From Macrostomum lignano (Eukaryota), in contig NIVC01000202.1 in NCBI GenBank assembly GCA_002269645.1, positions 671,131 to 735,130 of the forward strand: a stretch of 64,000 nucleotides of DNA. Direction: 5' to 3'. This document shows, one piece after another, positions 12,162 through 27,474 of this stretch. A program made the position numbers and the translations under genes. The first letter of the stretch is position 1. Every line of letters begins with the position of its first letter. The notes below the pieces were generated by a model. It saw nothing but the letters and a program-made list of their open reading frames with translations, was not told the DNA's origin and made no database searches.

Positions 12162-13478
12162 ATGGAAATGCTGTCAACGATGACTCTTCAGAGCAATGCC
12201 TCGCAGCAGGCTGGCTGCTACATTCAAGCAACCTTCAATGAAGTGGCTACAAAGGAGGTAAGAGGCTAAAATAATTGACACAATACAGCGGGCGTAGCTT
12301 CATCTTGTTTTATTCATAGAACTATAATTCCGACAAGTGATAAAGAATGTAGATACTATAGTAATTTTATCAAACGCAGGTTCACAAGAACGCCAAGGCC
12401 ATAGAGCTGAATCCCTACAAGAGGTTGCTTTGCATACTCACCGATTCCTGTATCGAGCACATGGACGTGTTTAACGACGGCACCATGGGAGAAATTGTCA
12501 ACACCTGGCCGTTCAACGCCAACCAAATGCGTTTCTGCCGAAACGGATTCGCCCTCATCACTGAGGACCACCAGCTGTCTCTGATTACTAGTCGCGGCTA
12601 CCGAGTAAAAGTTGTCAATGACTTTGAGAAGGCCAGCATGGGCTGCAACCTGTGGGGCATCGATTTACACGAGGAAGAGGGTTACATGTACATTGGGGAC
12701 AATTCGTCCTGCACTCTGTGGCGTCGGCGCTTTCCTAAGCTTGACAGGATCCGGTCTGACAAAGGTAATGCATGAATTTCGGTATATAGTAAACATACTT
12801 TGCTCCACAGACTACTAATTACACTAACTATCGCATGAGCAGATCTGATTGTTATAAGCAAACCTGATTGATACGTAGCTACCCGTTTGTAAATAAACTC
12901 TAGACTTCCAGTTCCGCTACCAGAACACGTCGGTCGAGATCAATCACGTGATGAGCTTTGACGCGTCCACAATTATCGTGAACGACTTTGGCGGCGGGCT
13001 GTTCCTTCACCAGAGCGGCACCAACGAGGTCTCTATTATTAACGCCGGGGCTCTGGGTCTCGACGGCTTCGGTGGCGCTCTGTGCAAGGATAGCGAAGCC
13101 GACATCATCTTCACCATCTGGCCGCAGCGTCGTCTCATCTACGCGTTCACTTTAGACAAGGAGAAAAACTTTGAGGTGGTAGGCGCCGGCAAGCACCGTA
13201 TGAGCCGCCTCACGCCGGTGGAGATGACATTTGACTGCGACAACAAGTACCTGTACGTCCTGGGCAGGGACGAGGAGAACGATGACAAGATGTTCGTCAC
13301 GTGCTTCGAGGTTGGCTACCACATGGTTGGTACCGCTCGTGACAGCTACATCGGACAGGGCTTCCTAGAGCCGTCAAGGTCCGACCGAATGTCGCAGTTT
13401 CAAATCAGCCAGGATGATGTCAGTCGGCTGTACCAACAATCCCTGGATACCGACTCTGTTGACGAGTTCTTTGTCTGA
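12162..13478 (+). CDS. Uncharacterised beta-propeller-like protein (NHL/YVTN-like blades), 351 aa
   Basis: Exons 12162-12257, 12380-12764 and 12904-13478, phases 0 and 1, GT-AG. Blade-like motifs LWGIDLHEEEGYMYIGDNSS and PVEMTFDCDNKYLYVLG. No signal peptide or TM. The first exon is the least certain. Confidence 0.75.
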
Positions 13479-13699
13479 TATTGTTTACTGACCAGCTGGC
13501 TCTGAACGCTTACTTAACTCTTACTATGGGCAAAATAAATTGATAGATTTTGACTAACTAGATTAGATTTTTCGAAGAAAATAAATTAATTCTGGTGTAA
13601 ACAATAAGATTGGGTATTGTCTTAGCTTCTCAGACTTTCAATTCAAGATCTACATTGTGTACACATGCTTTCTATTTACGGATGCTTGCTATCGAAGGA

Positions 13700-13955
13700 T
13701 GCTTGCTGTTTGGGGATGCTTACTATATGGGGGTGCTTGCCATCTGGGGGTTGCTTGCTATCTGGGGGTTGCTTGCTATCTGGGGGATGCTTGCTATCTG
13801 GGGGTGCTTGCTATCTGGGGGGTGCTTGCTATCTGGGGGTGCTTGCTATATGGGGGGGGTGCTTGCTTTCTGGGGGGAGTGCTTGCTATCTGGGGGGGGC
13901 TTGCTATCTGGGGGGGGTGTTTGTTATCTGGGTATCTGGGGGATGCTTTCTAATT
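13700..13955. repeat. Degenerate ~18-bp G-rich tandem repeat
   Basis: Units TGCTTGCTATCTGGGGG(G)n, about 13 copies. Confidence 0.85.
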
Positions 13956-15481
13956 AGGGGGAATGCCTGCTATCTTTGTGAAGGCTTTATTTTGTGGTGT
14001 CTTTTTTTACTTTTAGAAAGAAGAGACTCACACAAACGTCTTTGTCCATGACAATTTTACTGTCAAGTGATTTATAAAACTGGAGAAGGAATTGATTCTT
14101 AAGAAAATGTTTTTTTAATGGATTTGCATAATGTTTTTTGCTCCTTGCTTATTGGGCGCCCCAAAGGGGGGCACTAGATTGCTAGTTTTTGAAAAATAAA
14201 CCTTGAATTCCAAACGTATTGTTCCACTACCCAGGAACAATGCAAGGGGTAGCGGACATGGTTTCATGATCCCGCACGCAGTCAACAATGCGAGTATTGT
14301 CTGTACTCTCCCCAATTTAAAAGCGTACTTTGTCAACACTTTTAACGCCCTAAGAGACGCCCCAAGTCAAATACATGTGTGATCATCTCTATGAAAATCC
14401 TGACTAAGCCACTGTAAGTACAACTACTCTAGCAATGCCAGAGAAGACCCGCGCGTGGGAGCAGGAAAAGCTTGGTAAAATGTACCATGAATTAATATTC
14501 AACTCAGCAGAGTCTTTTGAACGCAAAGTGCCTATTGAACTTGGAATGCTAGTGTTCAGATAGGTAGTTCGTTGTAATTATTTCTTATCTTTTATCGGCG
14601 CAAGAAATATTGCACACGTTGCACAAGCTGTTTGCACGTGGGCGAGACGGAAAGACTTCGAGTTTCTGGCTCTACCAACCCTATAAATTAATCATACGCC
14701 ATCCACAAATATGGTTACCTAAGCCGTAAGTGGACGGAGAAACTTGCGGCGGGGGCACATCGTTATGGGCAGAGTTGGAACGTGCAGCGAACCTCAAACC
14801 AGGCCCTACATTAAGTACCTTAGAGCTGCTTCTGTCTTATTCTATTCAGACTGTACTGTGTACCACATGCCTGATCTGGCTTGCACAGTCTTGCTAATAA
14901 ACTGCAGTGCATTGCACGCTTTTACTCTCTCTCTTCTGCGCACAGCTTGTCTGACTCAGCTGACGTCGGTTGAAACAAAACTGTACAACTCTGCTCTTTC
15001 CAAAATTTCTTTAAAGATTGAAAAGATTTTACAACAACTACGCAACTGCAATCTGCAAATCTTAGTTTTTACTTACTAAATGATTGCAAGAGAAACCGAC
15101 ACTGCACTAAAAGTGTTTCCAATTGAATATTCTGGCATCTAGTTTGTCTAGAATTCGTAAGTGCATAATTTTTCTGGAAATAAACCTACCTGTTTGCTCA
15201 ACCTTTAGAGTATTACAGTACCAGTGGAGTACCCGTTTATCGCAGTAAATTAAGCAATAAATCCCAGAAACGGCAGAAAGGAGCTGTGAAAACGAAAGGA
15301 GGTCTCCTCTAAGCCAGTTTCTGCAACTTGATCTCTTTAAGCTAAAAAGTTTCTGTTGGGTTCGCTTCTTTGAAATATTAACTGCAAGACAAGTCCAGAA
15401 TTCGGAAACTGAGACGCTACTTTACCGAATCTCTTTACCGAATCAGCTGATTTCAGCAGCCATCGTCGCCACAGTGTTGCA

Positions 15482-18400
15482 ATGTCCTACGCCGACAAGA
15501 TCCAGGCTCTGCTGCGCTGGTGCCAGCAACAGACCGACGGCTACGCCAACGTCCGCGTTAGGAACTTCACCAGCAGCTTCAAGGATGGCCTGGCCTTCTG
15601 CGCCATTCTGCACCGCTACCGGCCGGACTTGGTCAACTTTCACAGCCTCCAGCCGGCCGATTGGCTGGAGAACAACCGGCTAGCGTTTGAGACAGCTGAG
15701 ACTCTGGGCATCCCGGCGTTGCTTGACGCGGAAGACATGGAGGTGCCGGAGAAGCTTAGCATTATTACCTATGTCACCTACTATAATCTCAACCTGCAGG
15801 GGAAGGAGAAAGGTAAGAACTCCAATCCCAAAGAGGAGTAAGTATCAAAAAGTATGAAGACTGCATGCAAATTATAATTCTCCAACGTTCGTTTTGCCCT
15901 CAGCCGGTGGTCCTGATGTGAATTTATTTGCAAACGGCCGGCCAACAGCAGCGGCAGTTGTATCACCAGCAGCACCCGCAAAGCCACCAACAGAAGCTCA
16001 AGTGACAGCGCCGATCAAGAAGTCACCGGCAGCGACACCGCTAAAAGTACCTACAGAGGTAGCAGCCGCAGCTACAATGCCAGTAAAAACGAGGCCGGCA
16101 GCATCCCCTTCATCAACCCGTGGCAATTCTCCACGACGTTCACCCCAGCGACCAGCCGCCGTTTGTGCTCAGTGCGGCGATCCGGTCTTCTTCCTAGAGC
16201 GCCATATCGAAGCCGGAAAACTATATCACCGACAGTGCCACTTGGAAGACCGCCGGCAATCGTTGCACCGGGCTTCGGTGGCCTACAGACGCAGGAAACT
16301 GGAAGAGGAGTCGACCGGAACAGAGGAGCCACCGGCAAAGACGGCAGCTCCAGTGCTTCCGCCTCCAGTTTCGGTGTCGCCGAAGCCGCCACCAATGTTA
16401 CAGCCGCCTACAAGTCCAGTTGCTAAGGCGTCTGCTCCATCACGGCCTCGCTCGGTGTCGCCTCTGCCGCCAGCTCTGCACACGCTTCCAGAATCACCAT
16501 CTTTGTCGCCGCGTGATCGACAGCTGGCGGATGAGCAGGAGAAGGTAGCAAATCCGAACATCCGGTTAGTTCCACCACCGCAGTCCAAGTTCGCACCTGA
16601 ACCGATTCGCCAGTCGGCGCACTCAAAGCCGTCGGGACCATCAGCGATGGAAATTCTGAAGCCAACACCTTTATCTTCAACGTCCGTGTCTGCTTCGAAC
16701 CCCATAGAATCGAAAGTCCCGCCGCTGGAGAAGCCACAGCCTTCGTCACAACCATCAGCACAGTCTTCTTGGTTAAAGCCGCAACCGTTGCAATCTTCAA
16801 GCCAGCCGTCCGCAGATGCAGGAAAGCATGGGCCGCAGTCGCATTTCCTTACGAAAACTTCATGCTCATCAAAACAACCACCGTCGCAGTCGTTGGGTCA
16901 AAAAACACAGACAGCGAGCAATTACTCAAGGCCCCACACAGCTCCCTCATCTCACTTGTTGACTCAAAAATTACCAACCAGCGGACTGAACGCAGAGCAG
17001 CAACAATCACATCTCAAGCCTGACTCTAAATCACAACTGCACTCAAAAAGCGTCGACGCGCAGCCTTCGTGCTTCAAAGATACAAAAGCGGACAAACCAT
17101 TACAGCCGAAATCGCTAGCACAGTTGCAGCCGACGTCGCAGACTATTCAAACGGTAAAGACTGAGAGCCAAGGCCTGTCAACGCCATCCAGTTCTCAGTC
17201 CCAGCCTCTTTCACAGCATTTAAGCTTGAGAAAAACCGACAAGCATGGACAGGAAAGTTTTCATGGAGAGCGGTTGATTCAACCATCGCAAAAATTTACT
17301 CCAATAAATTTGACGCAAAGACAGGATACCCCAAGACCTCCGATACAGCTTCTGTCCCAGCATCAGCTTAAATCGTCATCGCAGTCCCAAGCCTCATCCA
17401 AAACTGAATCCGAGCCTCCATCGCAGCTCAGGCAAACGAAGCAGCCTCAGGCAAAACATTCAGTAGATCACGTGGAGTCACCATCGCCATTGTTCTCAAA
17501 GAAACAGGCTCAGCCTGGCGCACCAGTTGGTCCTTCACTGCGAATTCAGGCTCGCCAGCGTCCGTCAACTCCTCCACCGACTCCACCGCCTGTTCTGAGC
17601 GACGCTGAGACGGTTGGCCCCGACGCGAGCCCAGAGGGTCGCCGAGTGATCCGCACCGAGGCTCCGGACGAGTTCGAAGCCTACGAAGACATCGAACGGG
17701 AACTAGCCGGCATCAATCGACTCCAGGTGGAAGTTGAGCAGCGAGGCAGAGATCTGTATGAGCTGCTTAAAACAGGTGAGTTTCATCTGGTGTTCTGACT
17801 CATACTGTTTCATTTTTAGTCGAAATTTTCCCGCCTTTTTCTTTAGCCGAGACGCAGAACCCCGCCGAGGAGAAGCGACTTCTTGCCGATTGGATCAGCC
17901 TAGTCAATGAGCGCAACCAGCTCTGCCGCAAGGAAATGTACTTGCTACGACGGTGCGTAGCTCTCAGTTTCATGCTTTCTACTTCACATTAGAAAAGTAC
18001 AATATGCAGCACTTATTCCAAGTGCAAAACAGATCAGAAAAACCCGCTTCAACCTGCAGTTGATCCAGTTTGAGGTGTATTATAACATCTAGTCATGTAA
18101 AGTAATGTTTTCTTTGTCTTTTCGCATTTCTCTTCACGATCCCCCCGGCGACCTCCCTCAGCTCTGAGGAGCGGGAACTCGAGCTGCGGCACTCGGTAAT
18201 CGAATTTGACCTGCGCGTCTCCCTCTCCAAGTCAGGTGAGAAATTTTCTTTTAAAAGTACTGCTAATCTTTGCTTCTTGCCAATTCAATGCTTTGACAAA
18301 CGCCGCGTGTTGCGTGTTAATTTAATGGCACCTAAACAAGTCGGTTGTTGTACAGCTGCCTTGACTTTCTCGTTGTCAAGCATGTACAGAGCCTGTTGCT

Positions 18401-18738
18401 TCGGGGCTCGCAAGAGTCTAAAAAATGGTCTGCCACCCCTTTCAGACCAGCAGCGAAACGACCAGGACAGGCTGAACGAAAAGCAGCTGCTGGCCGAATT
18501 GAAGTCGGTGGTGGACAGGCGAGCCCTCATCACGGAGCTCATACACGAGTCCGAGCAGGAGGAGGCCGAAGCGGAGGCGGAGCTGGCCGCTGCCCTGGCT
18601 GAGAAGCTTCAGCGCCTGCGTTCTCAAACTGAGGCGGCGGAGAGCGGCGCGAAAGAGGGCAAGAAGAAGAAGCAAAAAGAGAAGAAGCAGAAGAAAGAGA
18701 AAAAGCAGAAGGGCACAAAATCTAAAAATGGAAAATGA
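15482..18738 (+). CDS. MICALL: MICAL-like protein (CH + partial LIM + Pro/Ser/Gln-rich + bMERB), 891 aa
   Basis: Exons 15482-15812, 15904-17775, 17847-17952, 18162-18235 and 18446-18738, phase-consistent. Type-2 CH domain ([38 protein letters not shown]). LIM finger [14 protein letters not shown]...YHRQC. bMERB motifs ([41 protein letters not shown]). No monooxygenase domain seen. Confidence 0.88.
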
Positions 18739-19039
18739 GATGCGCGATTCGAACATATACTAAATCAAACATTCATTGTCACTATATGATTTTAATGTAT
18801 AGCGTCTTTCTTAGCGTTTTAGAAATCCCATTGCAATAAACTGCTGCTTCTGTGGCTGCTATTTCTGACTTGGTCACATTCAACGCTTCTCTACCTCCTG
18901 GGAAAATCCGGCTTACTCACCCACTCACCCACCCCTGATCCACTTACCCGCCCTGACTCACTCCCTCATGGAGTCATATAGTCATTATTAACTCATGCAA
19001 TAATCAACTATAGACTCAAGCTCATTATCTTACTCATAA

Positions 19040-19835
19040 GCTTACGAACTCAAGAACTCATAAACTCATGAACTCACAAACTCACAAACTCATGAACTCA
19101 CAAACTCAGGAACTCATGAACTCATGAACTCATGAACTCATGAACTCGTGAACTCGTGAACTCGTGAACTCGTGAACTCGTGAACTCGTGAACTCGTGAA
19201 CTCGTGAACTCATGAACTCATGAACTCGTGAACTCATGAACTCATGAACTCACAAACTCATGAACTCAAGAACTCGTGAACTCGTGAACTCGTGAACTCG
19301 TGAACTCGTGAACTCGTGAACTCGTGAACTCGTGAACTCGTGAACTCGTGAACTCGTGAACTCGTGAACTCGTGAACTCGTGAACTCGTGAACTCGTGAA
19401 CTCGTGAACTCGTGAACTCGTGAACTCGTGAACTCGTGAACTCGTGAACTCGTGAACTCGTGAACTCGTGAACTCGTGAACTCGTGAACTCGTGAACTCG
19501 TGAACTCGTGAACTCGTGAACTCGTGAACTCGTGAACTCGTGAACTCGTGAACTCGTGAACTCGTGAACTCGTGAACTCGTGAACTCGTGAACTCGTGAA
19601 CTCGTGAACTCGTGAACTCGTGAACTCGTGAACTCGTGAACTCGTGAACTCGTGAACTCGTGAACTCGTGAACTCGTGAACTCGTGAACTCGTGAACTCA
19701 TGAACTCATGAACTCATGAACTCATGAACTCGTGAACTCACAAACTCATGAACTCAAGAACTCGTGAACTCGTGAACTCGTGAACTCAAGAACTCAAGAA
19801 CTCGTGAACTCGTGAACTCATAAACTTTTGAACTC
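19040..19835. repeat. 8-bp satellite (GAACTCGT)n with GAACTCAT variants
   Basis: Homogeneous core with degenerate flanks, about 95 units. Confidence 0.95.
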
Positions 19836-20482
19836 ATTAAATGAATTCACTCGCTCACTAGCGTTCACTCTTTCACCCTATCGAGACATGATGAAATCAA
19901 GTGTATTTTCTTTGAAATTCTATTAACTGCAAATACCTACCGTAAAAATATGTGAAATAAACCAGATTCTTGCCAATAAAAATGTAAAAAAACATTGCAA
20001 CTCATTGAAATCCAGTTTCTGATCAGATAAAATTTGATAACTGTGCATATGTTGAAGCGTTTTATAATTTTTTAACGAAAATATAAAATAGGCACAACAT
20101 TAGCAAATGAGAAAAAATATTCAGAAAATAATTAAACTGCACTTCAAAATATGAAGCTCTATAAGTTTAATATGAAGCTCTATTTTATACGTAACAGCCA
20201 GTGTTGACTAAACATTGGTATTATTATTTAAAAATTCCGGAAATTTCTAATCCAAACGTTCAAGTTTAAACAAAATAGAAACTCATGTACAAGCTGGATG
20301 AGTTCTCCAGTTGATTTAATGATCGAAAATATTATTTTTTTGAGCAACGAAAGCAGAGAGGTTCTTAACAATATAGAATAGGCAGAAACATCTATATGAT
20401 TTTTTTCCATGAGTGTTATTTTGTGGAAGTATGAAACCTCAAGCGTAACTTCTTTTGGGTCTTGGTTTAGTAAGATTTTAGC

Positions 20483-20818
20483 TAACTGCAGTTTTGATAC
20501 ACAAACTACTGCAGTTTGATGCACAAACTACTGCAGTTTTGATACATAAACTACTGTAGTTTTGATACATAAACTACTCCAGTTTTGATACATAAACTAC
20601 TGCAGTTTTGATACACAAACTACTGCAGTTTTCATGCACAAACTACTGCAGTTTTGATACACAAACTACTGCAGTTTTGATACACAAACTACTACAGTTT
20701 TGATACACAGACTACTGCAGTTTGATGCACAAACTACTGCAGTTTTGATACATAAACTACTGTAGTTTTGATACATAAACTACTGCAGTTTTGATGCACA
20801 AACTGCTGCAGTTTTATG
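20483..20818. repeat. 23-bp minisatellite
   Basis: Unit AACTACTGCAGTTTTGATACACA, about 14 copies. Confidence 0.9.
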
Positions 20819-21284
20819 AACTGTTACAGACTATTAGAAGTGGGCTGAACGCAAGCAAACTACGAGTATTCAGCACAATGAATCCAAGAATGCATGTCAT
20901 CTAATGAAAAATCGCAGAAAGTCTTTATCCAATGATCGATTTTTTTGCAGGATGAGTTGGAGTTATGAGTCAAAACTGTTCTATAAGTTACGAACGTCAT
21001 CATAAGATGCCCTAATATTGCAATGAGAAAAATTTACAAAGCCACATGAACCAACAAGGTAAAAAGTAAAACTAAATGTAACAAAGAATTTCTATTAGTT
21101 AACGGACAGGATTCTATCAGTAGAAATAAAGCAAAAACTTTTTAGATTGATTGGCAAAATATAGATTTTTGCATAGGCTTTCAAACGAATGAAAACATTG
21201 ACTATTCTGAAGCTTTGTTTATTGGTGAAGTAAAACATTGAGTCAATCAAGCTATAAAACTTACGCGACTGAGCTTTCTTTAAT

Positions 21285-22583
<1,299 letters not shown>

Positions 22584-22689
22584 CTGCGATATCGGGTTGT
22601 ATATGGGTGCATTGCTGCTTGCCTCCTCTCTGGCCGCGGGCCAAAAACATCGGCTCTGCAAACTGCATGTAACTAATGCCAGCAGCACT

Positions 22690-22808
22690 GGCCAATGTCA
22701 CTGCTGCCCTGTCACTGCTGCCCTGTCACTGCTGCCCTGTCACTGCTGCCCTGTCACTGCTGCCCTGTCACTGCTGCCCTGCCACTGCTGCCCTGTCACT
22801 GCTGCCTC
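22690..22808. repeat. 14-bp tandem repeat
   Basis: Unit GTCACTGCTGCCCT, about 8 copies. Confidence 0.85.
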
Positions 22809-24118
22809 GGCCGCCTTGATATCATAGGTAACCTACTGCATACTAACCATAGCCAACTGTGCTTAACTTGCAGCGTTACTAGTGGCATTTGATAATCGGC
22901 ATATAAAGAATGTATAAAATTCTTGGCGCCTGGAAATTGGCTTGGCACAACTTGATTAGGGCTGCATACAGGGCATTGCATGCCAAGCTGTTTATTACTC
23001 CGGGGCAGGTGCAGGCTAAGCAATAAAAAACCTGATGACGCTCCCAGGTGCCACAGAGAGAAACAGCCCCCCCCACTCCTTAGTGGCTACTCACTTTCTC
23101 TGGGGCGGGCATTCATTGTTTGCGAGGGCAGGGGGTGTGAAAGCCTCCAAGTTCCTACTCCAACCACTCAGAACTGAAAAAAGCTCATCAATGCAGAAAA
23201 GGCTTCACGACTCTCTTCGCTCAAAGCTACAACTTGGCCTTCACAATGCTGAGTCTCCTGGTGGCAGATTGATGAAAATAAAGCATTGCCTGATTGTTCT
23301 CTACTAGCGAGTCCGGACTCAAGCCTGAGTGTCACTTTGCCAAGGAGTTGGGAGCATCCAGCGGTGACGGTCTCGCAAGACTGGGTCCGTAGCCCTCCTC
23401 TCCCACCAGAGAATAAAAAACTGGTCAACCCTTGGGCCAGAGGCTCGCAGCTGGAAATCGCTTCCCCTAATGACGGAAGCCGGATTCAAGTGTCCAAAGC
23501 CCAGCGTGGAGTCTCCGCCTTCTTTCACGCACACAGTGAGTAAGATCTCTTATCCATTGTGGCTGGGGAGCTGCTGGTCACAGAGCTGCACACTTTCAAA
23601 CTGAGAAGATGCCTGGCGATATGAAATGCACGCGATCAGCGGCTCAGTGCTGCTACGGCAGCACAGAAAGTGCTAGGAGCGACGCTTATAATTTGCTTTT
23701 CTCCATTCTGCACCAAGTAGTGAAGCCGGCTGGATTTTTTGATTGCTTCCGCAAGCAGCCACTTTCTAGTTGTGTGGCAGCACAAGCAAATCAAAGCAGT
23801 AAATTCCTTTTATTAAGACACTAACGTTCGTTATCTTAGCTGAACTCGACCTCCGGCACTGCAGAGATGCTTTGTAGTTAGAATTCCAACGCCTTGCTTT
23901 ATGATGCTAATTCCAGCATCCAATTAGTACAACCGTGCTGCAAGCTGCAGTTCTGTCCAGTACAATGCATCGGCAGAGCTTGAAAGCTTGGACAAACGTC
24001 AAAGCCGAACCCGAAGGGCTTTTGTTGTTTTCTAATTGAGCTTTTTTAATATAAAGCTTCTAAATTGAGAGCCTGTGACATTACCTGTACATTGCTACTT
24101 ACAATATACTAATTAAGT

Positions 24119-24398
24119 ACACCTGAACTAATTAGCAGATGTGCAACCGACAGCTCAGCCGCAGCTAATGCGCGGTGCATCTGAAGGCTGCGTACGGCTG
24201 TTCATTCCAAGGACTGGGGGGTCGCCACACACACCCTCAATGATCCCAGTTAATGCTGGCACCCATTTTACAGCCGGGTGAACTGAAGCAATGCAGAGTT
24301 AAGTGTCTTGCTTAAGGACTTGTTCCGAGTAGATCGAGAATCGAACCCCCGACCTTCAAGTCGTGAGTCCGACGCTCTGACCACTAGGCTACAAACCC
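24119..24398 (-). mobile_element. CORE-SINE copy 3
   Basis: Same head/CORE/3' hairpin as the other copies. Confidence 0.85.
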
Positions 24399-24552
24399 AC
24401 CTTTTGCATTTGCGCCTGGTTGCCAGGCGTTTAAAAGTAAATTCAGTACATGTTATGACTCTACGAGTAGATGCATGTTCGCTCTGCTCTTTCATCTTTA
24501 TCCAGGAATTGTGGAGCTAGGGATGTTAAAAGTCGGCTGGTAAACGTCTTAG

Positions 24553-25095
24553 ACTAAACTCACTCCAGCACCAGTGTCAGTAAATGCTAAACTCACTCCA
24601 GCACCAGTGTCAGTAAATGCTAAACTCACTCCAGCACCAGTGTCAGTAAATGCTAAACTCACTCCAGCACCAGTGTCAGCAAATGCTAAACTCACTCCAG
24701 CATCAGTGTCAGCAAATGCTAAACTCACTCCAGCACCAGTGTCAGCAAATGCTAAACTCACTCCAGCATCAGTGTCAGCAAATGCTAAACTCACTCCAGC
24801 ACCAGTGTCAGCAAATGCTAAACTCACTCCAGCACCAGTGTCAGTAAATGCTAAACTCACTCCAGCACCAGTGTCAGTAAATGCTAAACTCACTCCAGCA
24901 TCAGTGTCAGTAAATGCTAAACTCACTCCAGCACCAGTGTCAGCAAATGCTAAACTCACTCCAGCACCAGTGTCAGCAAATGCTAAACTCACTCCAGCAC
25001 CAGTATCAGTAAATGCTAAACTCACTCCAGCACCAGTGTCAGCAAATGCTAAACTCACTACAGCACCAGTGTCAGTAAATGCTAAACTCACCCCG
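24553..25095. repeat. 33-bp minisatellite
   Basis: Unit AAATGCTAAACTCACTCCAGCACCAGTGTCAG(T/C), about 16 copies; explains the 11-aa repeat ORFs on both strands. Confidence 0.95.
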
Positions 25096-27474
25096 AGCAT
25101 AGGCAGACACCGCAAGGCACTGCGCCACAAGCAGACTGAAGCGAACTATCGCGGCCGACATGCCAAACAGCTGGGAGGAAAGTGACTGAGTGGCCTGGCA
25201 GGAGGACTGAAGTCAAACCGAGTTCCCAGCCAGTTTATATACTAGCAGATTTGGCCGAGAATCAGAATAATGGATGAAATTGATGGAAGAGAAGTCAAAC
25301 TATATGGGTAGCTAGTGAGAAAATTCTTACAGCCAAGCTGAATGGACGCGAACTGCGGACTCAGTGCATGACACGGCTGTCCAATGGAAGTGCTTCTATC
25401 TCTGGCCCGCGCCTGCTCTCCCTCTTTACCCCCAAAAACGACATGCACGGTAAAGTTGCGCTGTTGAAAATCTCGTCGGTTATTTCAACATTTTCCAGCG
25501 CAGCGAGGGGCGACAGGGGTCTCGACACGGGCACAATGCTCAACCCCCAGGACTCTTTCAAGCTTGCCTCTTTATTCTTCCTTGCCAGTCGGGCGAGGTC
25601 GACTTCCCCTGCAATTTCCCTCTGTACCCCCCCCCCCAGCTGCATCACGCGGCAGCTGGCCCTGTTTGCTCCTACAACTGCTAGCACCAAGGCGCACCCT
25701 GCGCACACAGCTCTGAAATCTGTCTCTCCTCTTTCTTTGGGGCACCTGCAGTCTTCAAGCTGGTGTGGGGGCGGCAGTGACACACACACACGCACACACA
25801 GCCAGACTGCCAGCCACTGACAAGCGCCCCACCCCAGAGGCGACGGCTCACCGGGAGGGACCCCGCCGACCTCGCCGGCCTCTGTGCGCGCATGAAAAGC
25901 GCCACTTCCGGCGCCTCGGTAGGTCTGAGCCGTCCCTGCGACGCGCCTGGGCGACCCCCCCCCCCAGCAAGCTGCTGCTGCCGCCGTCACCGCTGCCACC
26001 GCCGCCGTCATGTAAGTAAAGAATAGAATGAAGAAGACGAAGAAGGAAGCGCGACAGAATCAGCGGGGAAGTCGCCGGGGGGATGGGGGTTGTTTTTGGA
26101 GGTTGGGGGGGGGCATTTCTTCACAAGCAGTAGGAGGTGGGCCCGGGCGCTCAGCCAAGCGAGGTCACTTTGACACGGCTCAGTTTGAGCTGGCTTTATT
26201 GAGAACAGAGTGGTGGGGCAGACAGCCATTTAGAGCGGTCAGGACATCCCAGCTTCTGTGTTGATTGATTCGCCACCGCAGTTCCTCCTGGTCAAGATCG
26301 AATCTCAAGCTCTAAAAATTAGCTGAAAAAATTGAAAACTCTGCTCGAACGAAATTCCTGCATGAATAGTTCGAACGGGTTGACAGCTGGGTGACGTGCA
26401 AATGAATGAAATTCTTCTCCACTGCACCTAAGACAGGAAATCAGGCTGCTTTTTACATCAAACAGCAACATTCACGCCGAAGGGTTTCGAATGCCTTCGG
26501 TTTTCCTGACTTGAAAAAGTATCCATAGAGTGTTAGAATAACCAATAAAAACTTGAATCAAACTCTAGAGAAGATTCTCAATAAAAAAGTCGGTTTAAAA
26601 TAAAGCAAACAAAAAGCTCTCAGGACAAACAGGTTAGCTCATACCGCTCTGCTCATGAGCCGCTAGTAGTCGGAAGGACTTGCAACGAAAAAAAGAGTTT
26701 TTGCGGTGCCGCGTTACTCTGTGGGACATGCATGCGGTGGGCCCAAAATTTCGGGCATGCACTTCTTTTCAAATCGTCCGTTTTTCCCTTGCCATGCCCT
26801 GTCACAAGTAAAGTAAAAATAGCTTTCAAAAGAATATTACAGGAAAATCGGCTGGGTTAAAAATATATTCACTTCTGTCTGTTTTTCTCCATTCATTATC
26901 CTACTATAAGTAGTGAGTTGCGCCAATCACTGACACTCAGAAATTGTTTAAAAAAGAATATTGCTTTAATGAAATTGCTTTTTTGTAGCAATTGAAGCAT
27001 GGAACAGCCAAGCTTTTCTCTCAAAGATCAAATCGAGTGTGCACACATCACGGACATCTGAAGTAGAATTGGACACCACACTCGATTTTCTTATAAATCA
27101 GCTGGATAAAGAAAATTCCTGGCAACAGTGTAGAAATTTGCAGGCTCAATGTCAGAGATAGATAGGCTGGATGTTGGAGTTGAGCAGATTCTGTCTATGG
27201 TCAAGTCTGTTTCCGATGCGCTGATAGATAGAGAGTTGAGCCATAGACTAAATTTCAGGAGAAGGTGAGACTTGTTCACTTTAGTGTGGAAACGAGCTCC
27301 TCTAAAGTCAGCGTTAGACGTGTTGGAGAGAATGGTGAAGTCTCAATTCGAGAGAAGGTTTCTATGGAACTACATCTATGGAACTATAGAACTACTGACC
27401 CTTTGTTTTGTTTTTAGAATAGCGCGCAAATGTACTCTACCGTTTGCTTCTACCTAATTGTTATGGTTTGTTTA

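Noticed and set aside
14434-14475. Possible upstream coding exon of the MICAL-like gene
   Set aside because: Only a short ATG-to-GT segment, with no homology and no way to confirm linkage.
24549-25185. 193/203-aa repeat ORFs resembling a surface protein
   Set aside because: A 33-bp minisatellite open on both strands, with no signal peptide or splice context.
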